DNA from: an uncultured delta proteobacterium
Lineage (GTDB): Bacteria > Desulfobacterota > RBG-13-43-22
DNA: 64,000 nt
Reading direction: 5' to 3'
NCBI GenBank assembly: GCA_963743305.1
Contig: CAVUPH010000026.1
Span: 1-64,000 of the forward strand
Shown: positions 51,024-60,862 of the stretch, one piece after another
How positions within the stretch are numbered: the stretch's first letter is position 1
Layout of the letters: every line of letters begins with the position of its first letter
Position numbers and translations under genes: made by a program
The notes under the pieces: generated by a model
Told to the model about the DNA's origin: nothing
Databases searched by the model: none
What the model saw: the letters and a program-made list of their open reading frames with translations, nothing else

Positions 51024-51649
51024 TTAATTCTTCTTTACCGGTTGCCGGATGATCGTCCTTAGCTTTTCCGGGGCGGTCTTGCGGGGATCGCTCAAATAAA
51101 TCTCGTGGTGTTTGCCGGCCAACCGGTAGCCGTGGTCCCTGACGAAAGCATGGATTCTTTGAATAGTCGCATGTTCTTCCGCAAAAGGCCCGACATACAA
51201 TATCTGGGCGGACAGCCCCTCGGCCAGGCTTTCCCAGCGAACCCGGGCCAGATGGGGGAGAGGCTTTTTCTTTTTCACCTGCTCCAGCGCCGGACCGAAT
51301 AGCTCCGGGCTGACCATGCTCCGGCTGCCGAATCATCAGCGTCCACTGCCAGCGGTCTTTATCCAATCTCTCCGGATTGAAGGCCTCCATATCCTCGGCC
51401 CACCAGAGCCCTTCCAGGGGCAGCACGGCATAGTCGATCCCCTGCCCTTTCTTGACCATAAACTTGAGCGTATAGGACAGGCTGTACAGAGCCTCCACCG
51501 CCGCCTGGAAATCCGGTGACGGTGTTGGGATCCCCGGCCCCGTCGGCCATGAGGAAGTTCATGCCCGGCACCTCCACCAGCGCCACTTCTTTGGCGGACG
51601 GGGCGTAGAGGTGCTTTTGGTCCTTTTTTAGGTCTATCTTTAAACCCAT
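51024..51649 (-). CDS. GyrI-like small-molecule-binding protein, frameshifted
   Basis: KIDLKK..DGAGDPN, PLEGLWW, WTLMIRQP and HHEIYLSDPRK..LRTIIRQP. Confidence 0.85.
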
Positions 51650-51662
51650 CTAATGCCCCCCA

Positions 51663-52571
51663 TTATTGGAGCCGTTTTCTGGCCGGTTTGACCGAATACA
51701 GGGCCTGTTCTTCCTTGATCAGGCAAGCTTTTTCAGTCTCGATCTTTTCAAAAATAAACTGGGTCTTCAAAAATAAATTCATATCCTCCGCTTTCAAGTA
51801 CCCGGCCGCCATTCGACAATATTCCGGATCAATTTCCACACCGATACTGTGGCGGGCATTTCGAAGAGCTGCCACCATAGTGGTGCCGGAACCGCAAAAA
51901 GGATCCAAAACGGTATCCCCCGTGAAAGAAAACATCCGCACCAGTCGGGAGGCCAGTTCAAACGGAAAGGGGGCGGGGTGATTACGAGTTGAGGCGCCGG
52001 GAACATTCCAGATTTGTTGAAACCAGCGGTCGAATTCATCCTTATTGATCCGACTGGCCTCGCGCTGGGCATTGGTCGGTTTCCGGCATCCTCCCGGTTT
52101 CCGCTGCATGAGAATGAACTCCATGTCGTTTTTAATGATGGCGTTCGGCTCGTAGGGTTTACCGAGAAATTTGGACCCGTTTGTCACCTCGTAGGAGGCA
52201 TTGGCGATTTTATGCCAGACAATCGGGTTCAAGTTATCAAAACCAATCCGTCGGCAACTGACGCAGATATCCGCGTGGAGCGGAAAAACGAGGTGCCGGC
52301 CGAAATTCCGCCGGGCTACACACACGTCGCCGACCACACAGACCAGTCGGCCTCCGGGGACCAGGACCCTATAAATATGTCGCCAGACCTTCTCCAATTC
52401 TCCCAAAAACGCTTCATAATCCTCGATGTGTCCGAGTTGATCTGAATTTTCGTTGTAGCGCTTGAGGTTCCAATAAGGTGGGGAGGTGACCACCAGATGC
52501 ACCGACTCGTCTTCAATAAAAGATAAATCGCGCGCATCGCCGTTGATTAACCGGTGGATCGTCTTTCCCAT
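51663..52571 (-). CDS. Site-specific DNA methyltransferase (N4-C/N6-A, beta class)
   Basis: VTSPPY near the N-terminus, HPAPFP and DPFCGSGTT. Confidence 0.92.
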   Translation of the reverse strand: MGKTIHRLINGDARDLSFIEDESVHLVVTSPPYWNLKRYNENSDQLGHIEDYEAFLGELEKVWRHIYRVLVPGGRLVCVVGDVCVARRNFGRHLVFPLHADICVSCRRIGFDNLNPIVWHKIANASYEVTNGSKFLGKPYEPNAIIKNDMEFILMQRKPGGCRKPTNAQREASRINKDEFDRWFQQIWNVPGASTRNHPAPFPFELASRLVRMFSFTGDTVLDPFCGSGTTMVAALRNARHSIGVEIDPEYCRMAAGYLKAEDMNLFLKTQFIFEKIETEKACLIKEEQALYSVKPARKRLQ

Positions 52572-52580
52572 AGTTTTAAA

Positions 52581-52636
52581 CTAGACTCGCCTGGCTGGCT
52601 TGACCAAAGCCTGTTCTTCTTTGCCCAGACAAGCCC
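52581..52636 (-). pseudogene. Stub matching the 3' end of the adjacent methyltransferase
   Basis: ACLGKEEQALVKPARRV* versus ACLIKEEQALYSVKPARKRLQ*. Confidence 0.65.
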
Positions 52637-52644
52637 GTATGGAC

Positions 52645-53072
52645 GTCGCCAGTCGAGTCGTAATCTTGTCGTAAGTTGTGTCACAAGATTGTCGCAAGTT
52701 CAGTCCTTATCCTTCGCCCGGTAAACGAGCTTGTTGGTCGCTCCCTCCGAAACCAACAACTCCATTTTCAAGGTATTCGGAGACCAATTCGAACGCCTTC
52801 CGATAGTTCAACAGCTCCCGCACGTCGTCCGGATGGGCCTCGGGAACCGAGTCCCCCGCAAGCAATCGTTCGGCTTGGTCCAGGGTCAGGCACGTTCCCT
52901 CGATGTGCGTGGTATGGTGCGCTTCCAGGATCAAAGCCCGACGGCCCATTTCACGCACCCAGGCTTCGGACAATGCCGCGGCCTCCAGGAATCCCCGAGC
53001 CCGCTCGATACGGGTCAACCCGGCGGTGATCCGGTTGGAGATCGTAAAAATAGGTTTGAAGTTCTTCTTCAT
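52645..53072 (-). pseudogene. Fic-family protein remnant (N-terminus only, catalytic HPFxxGNG absent)
   Basis: [34 protein letters not shown], then breaks off. Confidence 0.75.
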
Positions 53073-53120
53073 TTCACGCCTCCGAGGATTCCTAATATCG
53101 CCGAACCGACCCTTCCCTTT

Positions 53121-53255
53121 CTATCTTCTCCGGCATTTTTGTAGATTTCGATAAGCAATCCCTGGCCGCCACCCAAACCGCTGATGTGCCGGCATGATCT
53201 GCCGGTAGTCCTGCTGGATCTGCTTCTCCCGCAGCGCCAGATCGGAGATGCCCAT
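53121..53255 (-). pseudogene. Stub matching the 5' end of the DUF1156 methylase
   Basis: MGISDLALREKQIQQDYRQIMPAHQRFGWRPG versus IADLALREKQIQQNYRPIIAVHKWFARRPG. Confidence 0.75.
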
Positions 53256-53482
53256 CAAGCGGAAACGGCCTGACAAATGACCGGCCGGTACTTGGGCGGT
53301 GGAATGGGTTTCCCTTCAGCACGGGCCGCCTGCAGCCACAGCGCCTTGGCCTTCTGCACCTCCCGCAAGGCATCGTCCGGCGTTTCTCCGAAGGCGGAAC
53401 AGGCATCGAGATCGGGAATATCCGCGATATATCCGCCATCATCTTCCGAATAGAAAATATGGTATGTGGGGTTAATCATCAT
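53255..53482 (-). CDS. hicB: Orphan HicB-family antitoxin
   Basis: YSEDDGGYIADIPDLDACSAFGETPDDAL...GKPIPPP. Confidence 0.85.
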   Translation of the reverse strand: MMINPTYHIFYSEDDGGYIADIPDLDACSAFGETPDDALREVQKAKALWLQAARAEGKPIPPPKYRPVICQAVSA

Positions 53483-54195
53483 ATGGCCCGAGGAACCGCT
53501 CCCCGTTGAAATGGATCAAATGGGTCGGAGACTCGGCAATCCAGACCTCCGTTTCCCATGAAATATCATCAAGATATCTTACCATGGCGTGTCGATCAAG
53601 AAATGCGGTGACATAAACCAGCCCGACATTAGATCCGGAAAATAATTTCTTTAGTTCTTGTCGCCGTTTGGGGTTAACGGGTCCATGGCTGGTCACGGCT
53701 TCGATCAATACGAGCCATTTTCTTCGTATGTGGTATACGACGACATCCGGCATCTTACCGTGTTCCTCGATCCGGATTCCGAAATTTCTGAACGAATCCG
53801 AATCGAAATAGGCCCATTTCCTTTGGGTGTCACCAACATAAATAATCTGTCCGCCGGGAGTAAAAAGCGGACAGAACTCATCAATTATCTTCTTAACCAG
53901 TATATTATGCCCACCCGCTGAAAGCCGGATCTCTTTCCCGTGTGCCAGTACGATTGGGATACGATGCATTTCCCGCTCACGGGCATGCGGCGAAAAACTC
54001 CATCATTGGGGTAATTCCCATCAACGGGCTACCCGCCTTGTCCCATGGATCCCCAGGTTTTAGATCCAACAACGACAACAATGTCAATGCCGAACGTTCG
54101 TTTTGCTGCTGCCTGGGAAGTCCGAGAGCTTTTAAAATTTCAAGGGCTTCCCGCAGTTTCTGCTCAGCTTTGTCGACTTTTCCCCTTCTACCCAT
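53472..54195 (-). pseudogene. BsuBI/PstI-family restriction endonuclease with an internal deletion
   Basis: N-terminal QQNERSALTLL..GITPMMEF abuts IRLSAGGHN..YVGDT..HGKMPDVV..EAVTSHGP..WETEVW out of frame; the middle segment is missing. Confidence 0.8.
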
Positions 54196-55710
54196 TAGGT
54201 CCGCACTCCTTATCTAAAATTGCATCTATTGCCTCTTGGTCAGGGAGCCGTTGGTCAACATGATTGCCCATCCGGATCAACTGTTCACGAGTTGGATACC
54301 GCATCTTCCGCAGGTCCGTAGCATTTACCTGGGTATGCCCACTGAATAGCCGAAAGTACCGGTCAAATAAAGAGGAGTTAAGATAAACAGCCAGTCCCTT
54401 CGCCAACCTTGGAGACAAACCGATACCTCCGGTATGGAAGTAGTTTAAATGGTTCTCGAAAGCCACCAGCGGCGATTGAACCCGGTGGGGGTCGTAGATG
54501 GCCGCTACCACCCGTCGCCGCTCTTCCTTGGACGTAAATCGTTTGGTTAACACGTAATACCCACTTTCAATCAACAGATCACGAGTTCGATCGGATAATG
54601 CTACCGCATTCGGCTTTTTTCCTGATTGGCTCGGCCAACGTATAAAACCGTTTTCAAAATGACACGAAAAAATCAACGGCATCGTTCCTTCTTCTGGCAT
54701 AGCCCGCAGGTATTCTCGCGCCCGAAAATCTACCAAGCGCCCGGTAGAGACCTCTATCCCCAATTCGGGGAGTGAAGTCCGAAAGCCCCTCATCAGCTCT
54801 ATGACCTGATCATCGGTGTCGGCAAGGACGAGATGGATAAAAGCATCTTTGTCCTCGGGCATAACGAGACGTTCGTATAAAATCCGCCGCGGCTTTGTGT
54901 TGTCAAAATCCAACCCTTCAGAGACAGAAACGTTTACCTGCTTTGGTTTGCGTCTGTTCCTCGTAGCATAGAAAATAATATTTTCTTGAAGAACTTCATC
55001 GTCGCCAAAAGCTTTTTTCCTCGACTCGAAAACGTGAAGCCGTCGTAGGGCCATAAGTTCCAAAAAGGCCATGCGAAAACGCCGGAAATAAGGGCCGTTG
55101 CAGAAACTTCGAGGAGTGATCGCCACCAGTTCGCCATTCGGTTTCAGCATTCGTGCAGCCAACCACACAAACGCCGCGTATAAGTTCGATACCTCTATTC
55201 CCGCGGCATTTAACAGCCTTCGTGTAACCGAATCACCATTGATTTTCCTGTAGGGTGGATTAAGTATCGCGTGGGTAAACTTTTCTTTTTGGACAGCAAA
55301 CAGGCCTTCGTCAATCGCCTCCACACCGGCAACGATAAAATCTTCATCTAAAATAGATCCATGAAATGGAACGTTAACCAGATTTACAGGACAGTTCACA
55401 TCGTAGCCATCGTATCCTTAAGGTACGGAATTATCTGGGCATCGTTCTCGTAAGCAACGACTTCAATCTTCTTGGGCTTTGACTTTCTCGAAATTAGCGA
55501 CTCTATAGCCGCCGCGAGCAGAACCCCTGCACCTGCACCTGGATCCAAAATTCGCGCCTCTTCTACCTCTTTCTCAAACAAAGAGCCCATGAACTGAGCG
55601 ATAGCGGTTGGGGTGAGAAACTGGCCAATTGGGGATCGCTCGGACTTGCACTTCCTCCCATTAAAGGACGTTCGCACGTCATCAAGTATATTTGTGACCA
55701 CTATTCTCAT
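54188..55710 (-). CDS. BsuBI/PstI (Eco57I-like) N6-adenine methyltransferase, one frameshift
   Basis: GQFLTP, LDPGAGAG, NPPY, PRSFCNGPYF, ENHLN and GHTQVNATDL. Confidence 0.9.
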
Positions 55711-55734
55711 ATTTTATAGGACCTTTAAACCATC

Positions 55735-57869
55735 AAGCGGTAAAACTTCTCCCCTGGTCGTCAGGATCATTTTCTTCATATCCCCCGAATTTCCGAAGCC
55801 ATTCGACGATCGCCAGCATCTTTTAGGCCACTGGAGCTTTTTTGTCCCACTCTTTTCTCAAATGCCAAACGGCCAGGCGAATCAGATGGCCGTAGGTGAC
55901 ACAACGGGCGTCTCCGGGGGTAGGCTTTACCCCGCCCTCCCTGAGTCGGGCCAGGTCCTCGGCAACCAGATCGGCAACCCCTTCGATCGAATCGGGCAGC
56001 CATTTTCTGGAAATGGTTCCGGTAGACCGGCAGACAAAAACGGTGTCGATGATAGACGACCCCGTGCCGTTGATGTGAATGGACGCCCCCATTTCCGCCG
56101 GGCAGGGCAGTGAAGCGGAGCAGGTCAACCCGGCATCGAGTATGGCGACGGCTACCGGGGAATAGGCGTTGAGGTCATTGTGGTGGTACGTGAAAGCCAG
56201 GGGGGACCCCGGCTTCAAGGCCGCTGCCATGCGCTGATAAACGACGGAAAGACCCTGGGTAAAATGCTCCAGGCCCCGACCCATATCCTCGTTTCCGGTG
56301 AGTTCCTGGGAATTCCGGGTCGATTCCCGCTCGAAGGCCTTAACCTTTTCGCCCACCAGACGCCGCAGCCAGACATAGCAGAAATCCATCAGTTCCGCAT
56401 ATTGCACATTACCAAAATACGGAGGATCGGTGAAAACGGCATCCAGGGAGGCCTTCGGCAGCTTGACATCAGCCGCATCCCGACATTGGATGTCCACCAG
56501 TCGTCGCCCCTGGTTTGATCGCCGTTAGGATGATCACCGATCCATTCGCCTTTGATGGGCACCATTTCCTTTCGAAATCCATGGTGCCTGATCTCAAAAG
56601 GGGCATCACAGTAGGCCTTGGCCTTACGAAACTTATCGGTGATGTTGGCCCAGCCGCCGCTTCCCACACACATATTCTTGTTGGGATCCCGAATACCCAT
56701 AAAATTGGACTCACATTGAATAAGCCCCACCGGAAAGCCGTGGACGGAGAATATATCCAGTGATTTCAAGACCATCGTGTCGTAGCGGCACAGCATGTTC
56801 TGATAGCGCAACAAGTCGGAGAGATTCGTTGCTAGGGCATTACGGACGCGTTCATTCGCTGTTTTGGAAATAATCCGCGCCGAAAGTTCAAGCCCCAGGA
56901 GCTGTCGGGCGTTGAACATCTCCCGGTAGTGTCGGTATCCCCACCGATGCAGGCGATTGGTTTCATCGCCCGACGGAATTTCATCGTCCGGGACGAATCG
57001 CGGGCGCAATCCCTTCCATCGTTCCTCGGCTTCCGCCACCCGCTTCAGGTCTGATCCATCGGGGACCTTAAAGAACCGTCCCGCGTGACCTTTTTTGCAG
57101 GACGGACAGTGATATTCCATGGCGAAAAGCCGGTGCCGCGGCGCTCCCAGGCTGCTGTTCGGGTAAAGATTGTCGGTTTCACAATGAGGGCAACGGCACC
57201 GGTTTCGGCCGGCAGGACCATGCATCGACAGCCCGGTGCCGCAATGCCGGCAGTTGCCCGGATTTATCCGGTCTCCGGTCTCCGTCAATTGACCGCAAGC
57301 AGAGCAGACAAACACATTTTTGGGATGCCGTCTGATCGGCGGAAAGCAGGTAGCCAGGGAAAAGATCGATGTCCTTCCGACACTTACGACAGGAAGTCAC
57401 TTTGACCCACAAAAAGTATTTTACGGGCGTCCTGCTTTCCACAAAGAACGCATTCCGTTTGATACAGATGTCCGATTTCGTTTTCCAGCCTTCGGTTCAG
57501 CGATTCGACGGCATGATCATAGGCCCCCAGGTCCAGATGCTCGATTTCCTGTTTGACGATCCAATACGACATGGGGTTGATATCGAAGCCGGTCACGTGA
57601 CAACCCAAGCGGTTCGCTTCCAGAAGAGGCGTCCCGCCTCCCATGAAAGGATCGGCAACCCGGAGGTCTTTCAAATCGTTCGCCCGGTAAAAGGCCTCGC
57701 GAAGCGGACGGTCCGAGAATTCGGACAGCAACAGCCCTCGGAAGAGGGTCCCCGGCCGCCGCGCGAACCACTTGTGCACCGCAATGATCGGCCGGTAGTT
57801 CTGCTGAATCTGCTTCTCCCGCAAGGCCAGATCGGCGATGAAGGGTATGTCGAAGTTTTTTTCTATCAC
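55735..57869 (-). CDS. DUF1156-type adenine-specific DNA methylase with Zn ribbons, frameshifted
   Basis: HKWFARRP, DPFMGGGT, several CxxC motifs and TDPPYFGNVQYAEL. Confidence 0.85.
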
Positions 57870-58303
57870 TGCAGGTTCTCCAGATCAGCCAGGTCCTGCA
57901 GTCTCCCAGCCGCCCTCTTGGTTTTCTTCAGATTTTCCAGATCGATGAAATATACGGGGACGTCGTCGATTGTCACTACCACCCGGGCCGCGTAGGAACG
58001 GCCAAAATCAACGCCCGGCGGCGAAGTGATCAGGTCGATGCGGTTGGGCGGGTAGCCCAGTTGGATAATCTGTTCCGGTTCCAGGAAATCCCCCGCCGTC
58101 AGGTCCAGGGACCCGAAACCGAACTGGACCAGTGCCCGCATCAGCTTTGCCGCGTTATCCGGGTCCCGCTCGACCCACACGTCCAGGTCCTTGGTGTAGC
58201 GGGGATAGCCGTGCAGCGCCACCGCGTAGGCACCGATCACCAGGTAACGGACGCCGTTATCGTTTAACGACCGAATAAACTCTTTGAAATCCGGGTTCAG
58301 CAT
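57866..58303 (-). CDS. Nucleotidyltransferase-family protein (DUF6036-like)
   Basis: YLVIGAYAV..PRYTKDLD..K.AAGRLQDLADL. Confidence 0.85.
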   Translation of the reverse strand: MLNPDFKEFIRSLNDNGVRYLVIGAYAVALHGYPRYTKDLDVWVERDPDNAAKLMRALVQFGFGSLDLTAGDFLEPEQIIQLGYPPNRIDLITSPPGVDFGRSYAARVVVTIDDVPVYFIDLENLKKTKRAAGRLQDLADLENLQ

Positions 58304-58454
58304 CGTATTTCCACCTGTGGAATTCCTGCCGGATCTGCTCCAAGGCGGCCAGCCGGCGGGCATAGGGCTGGGTCTGCCAGTAATCAAAATCGGTCTTTTG
58401 TTCGCCGATTTTCACTTTGGTACAGACCTTGGCAATGGAGGGAGACGGTTCCAT
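58257..58454 (-). CDS. Small partner protein of the nucleotidyltransferase (putative TA pair)
   Basis: DFDYWQTQP..RLAALEQIR..FQRVYSVVKR; overlaps the downstream gene. Confidence 0.7.
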   Translation of the reverse strand: MEPSPSIAKVCTKVKIGEQKTDFDYWQTQPYARRLAALEQIRQEFHRWKYDAEPGFQRVYSVVKR

Positions 58455-58567
58455 ATTTAATTTCCTGATACTTCTTTTCTTTGTTTATAACTATCACATT
58501 TTACAAAAATAATCCAATAGACTCCCAAGGCAACCATTCCCTAAAAGCGGGGGATATGCACTCTTGA

Positions 58568-58600
58568 TTTTATCAAAATTATGTGCTAATTTTGATAAAA
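58568..58600 (+). promoter_or_regulatory. Perfect 14-bp inverted repeat, probable Phd autoregulatory operator
   Basis: TTTTATCAAAATTA-tgtgc-TAATTTTGATAAAA lies just upstream of the antitoxin RBS. Confidence 0.7.
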
Positions 58601-58617
58601 AAAGCGAGGGAATAAAT

Positions 58618-58887
58618 ATGCCCATTATCAAACCCATCTCCGCCCTGCGCAACAAGACCCGGGAAATCGCTTCTCTCTGTCATCAAGAAGATGAGCCGGT
58701 CTACCTGACCACCAACGGGGAAGGCGACCTGGTAGTCATGAGCATGGAACACTACGAGCACCTCCGGGCACGGGTGGATCTCTTCGAAAAACTAGCCGTC
58801 GCCCAGGGGCAATCGGCCTCCGACGACAAGGGGTTTACCCACACTCAGGTGATGAAAAAGCTTCGGCAGCGTCTGCATGGCCGGTAA
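58618..58887 (+). CDS. Phd/YefM-family antitoxin
   Basis: IKPISALRNK..EPVYLTTNGEGDLVVMSMEHYE. Confidence 0.88.
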   Translation: MPIIKPISALRNKTREIASLCHQEDEPVYLTTNGEGDLVVMSMEHYEHLRARVDLFEKLAVAQGQSASDDKGFTHTQVMKKLRQRLHGR

Positions 58888-58987
58888 GGTTTCCCTTCGT
58901 TATCTGCCGATAGCCGTTGATGATTTGACGGCCATCGAAATTCACCGCGTCGTCCACGGCTCCCGCAATCTGACCGATATCATCTAA
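58877..58987 (+). pseudogene. RelE/ParE toxin reduced to 36 aa by an in-frame internal deletion
   Basis: MAGKVSLRYLPIAVDDLTA/IEIHRVVHGSRNLTDII*: both termini kept, core absent. Confidence 0.75.
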
Positions 58988-59253
58988 AAAGCAGTCCCTT
59001 CTTTTCGTACCACTTCAAGTTTCCCCCGCAGCTCCGCCAGTTCTTTCTCCTGCTCCAAAAGAATGGAGACCAGAATGGTCTCCAGGGGCCAGGGCCGGGA
59101 GGCGTAGCTGCCGGCCTGGACGTGGATCCGGGCCCGGTCGAAGAGCCGGTCCAGGACCCGCTGGTCTTCCCGGCGCAGGGCCCGGCGGAATTTCTTCCAG
59201 TCCTCATATTCCCGCTCCAGGGCCTGGCTGAATGGCAGTACCGTCCTTCCCAT
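58984..59253 (-). CDS. Small helical PolB2-associated protein (PPB2-like)
   Basis: MGRTVLPF..W.KFRRALRREDQ..DRLF..AR.H..P.ETILVSILLEQ; follows the RadA-like gene. Confidence 0.75.
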   Translation of the reverse strand: MGRTVLPFSQALEREYEDWKKFRRALRREDQRVLDRLFDRARIHVQAGSYASRPWPLETILVSILLEQEKELAELRGKLEVVRKEGTAF

Positions 59254-59276
59254 ACACTCCTCAAAGTCGAAATTGC

Positions 59277-59374
59277 CCGCAAAGACGCAAAGGACGAAAA
59301 GAAGGAATTTTCTCCGGCTGTCGCCGGAGAAAAAATTCCTTTGCGCTCTTTGCGCCTTGAGCGAAGCGGGCGGT
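59277..59374. repeat. Inverted CGCAAAG-type repeat with an inner hairpin
   Basis: ccgcaaagacgcaaaggacgaaaag...tttgcgctctttgcgccttgagcgaagcgggcggt. Confidence 0.6.
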
Positions 59375-59410
59375 AAAAATTTTCGTCCGCGGATGTCTGC
59401 GGCTAAAAAA

Positions 59411-60001
59411 CTACCCTCTGCGGGGCACCACGGCGGCTTGGTGCTGCAGCATCCCCTCGATGCCCTGCTCGCCGTAGCGCACCCGGATCACCATTTCCAC
59501 CCGGGCGGCCAGTTCCCGGCCGTAAAAAAGGTTCTTGACCCGCGACGACACCGGCCCCTGGAAAAGGAATACCCCCCTCCCCCGCCGCCCCAGAACGGCC
59601 AGGGAGGCCGCCACTCGTTTAAAAAGGTTCCGGCGCTCCGTCAAGGCCACCTGATCGTCGTAGAACAGGGCGCAAGGGCCGAGGACGAAGAGGGGTTCCC
59701 CCGGCCCGGTCGCGGGCAGGGTCTCACAGAGCAGGGTGACCAACTGATGGCAGGTAAAGGCCCGGCTCAGACGGATACGCTCGAGCAGCGCCCGGGGGTC
59801 CAGCTCCCGGTAGCGGCTCATGCGGGCCACCAGGTAAGGGTCGAAGGACTGGGCGGCATCCACCAGGGTCACGGGACTCCCCTGCAGGGCGACCCGACCG
59901 ATGAGGTAGGCGGCCAGGCGGGGCATGGCCTCCCCGAAAAAAAGGATGCTCCGGCCGGTAAGGGCCAGACGGGTAATTTTTTGGAAAGGCAGTAAATCCA
60001 T
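59411..60001 (-). CDS. Inactive RadA/RecA-like protein (iRadA/ImuA-like)
   Basis: VDAAQSFDPY..LERIRLSRAFTCHQL matches a RadA core pattern; no Walker A GKT. Confidence 0.8.
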   Translation of the reverse strand: MDLLPFQKITRLALTGRSILFFGEAMPRLAAYLIGRVALQGSPVTLVDAAQSFDPYLVARMSRYRELDPRALLERIRLSRAFTCHQLVTLLCETLPATGPGEPLFVLGPCALFYDDQVALTERRNLFKRVAASLAVLGRRGRGVFLFQGPVSSRVKNLFYGRELAARVEMVIRVRYGEQGIEGMLQHQAAVVPRRG

Positions 60002-60192
60002 GGCTCAAAAGACGCGGGGCGCAGAGCGCAAAAAAAACTCCAAAGCTGTCGAGAACGAAACAAGAAATCTCGTTGAAGCTTCCAAAAACCGAGATCCTAC
60101 GCGGAGTCTACCCCGCGCCGAGATCGTCTTCTCTTCGCCAGGATGACTTCCGGCAGTTACGCTCTGCGCCCTGCGCTCAGCGCTTTGCGTCT

Positions 60193-60798
60193 TTATGGTA
60201 CCGGCCGGTAGATCCCGATCACCTGCCCGACGACCCCCAAATCGGCCAGATTTTTCCGTTCGATGGTCAAGGGCTCGAATTCCGGATTGTCTCCTTTGAG
60301 GACCACCCGATCCCCTTCCCGGTGCCAGCGCTTCAAGGTCACCTCGTTATCCAGGCGGAAGACCCCCACCGCCCCTTCAGGTAGGCGCTCCTGGCGGCGG
60401 ACGATCACCTGGTCTCCCGAGAGAATGGTGGGACGCATACTCTCGCCCTGGACTCGCAACAGAAAGACCTCCTCCCCTTTGGCCCAGTCCGCCGGCAGGG
60501 TTACCTGGTCTTCCGCTTCTTCGAGGACCAGCCGGGGGCCGCCGGCGGCAACGGCCCCGTACCGTGAAATGGTGCGCAGCGGACCAGGAACCGGCTTCAA
60601 GCTCAGGCCCCGGGAGCGGTTCGGCTCCCGCTTCAGACGGCCCTTCCGAATCAGGGCCTTCAGGTGGTCCTGGACAGAGCCCGGGTAGATCCGGAAGTGG
60701 GCGGCCACCTCCCGCCGTGAAGGCGGATACCCGTGCCGTTCCTGGAAATCCCGGAGGTAATCCAGGATCTCCTGCTGGCGGGAAGTCAATTCATCCAT
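60193..60798 (-). CDS. lexA: LexA repressor
   Basis: LTSRQQEIL..GYPPSRREV, VAAG cleavage site, GESM (Ser) and TLKR (Lys). Confidence 0.93.
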   Translation of the reverse strand: MDELTSRQQEILDYLRDFQERHGYPPSRREVAAHFRIYPGSVQDHLKALIRKGRLKREPNRSRGLSLKPVPGPLRTISRYGAVAAGGPRLVLEEAEDQVTLPADWAKGEEVFLLRVQGESMRPTILSGDQVIVRRQERLPEGAVGVFRLDNEVTLKRWHREGDRVVLKGDNPEFEPLTIERKNLADLGVVGQVIGIYRPVP

Positions 60799-60810
60799 GG
60801 GTTATCCGAT

Positions 60811-60834
60811 ACCATACATTTGTATGGTTGTCAA
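60811..60834 (-). promoter_or_regulatory. Candidate LexA box ACCATACA-N2-TGTATGGT directly after a TTGACA -35
   Basis: Perfect 8-bp inverted repeat, 12 nt upstream of the lexA ATG. Confidence 0.75.
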
Positions 60835-60862
60835 GGAGAAATCAAATTTTTCTGGAGGGCGC

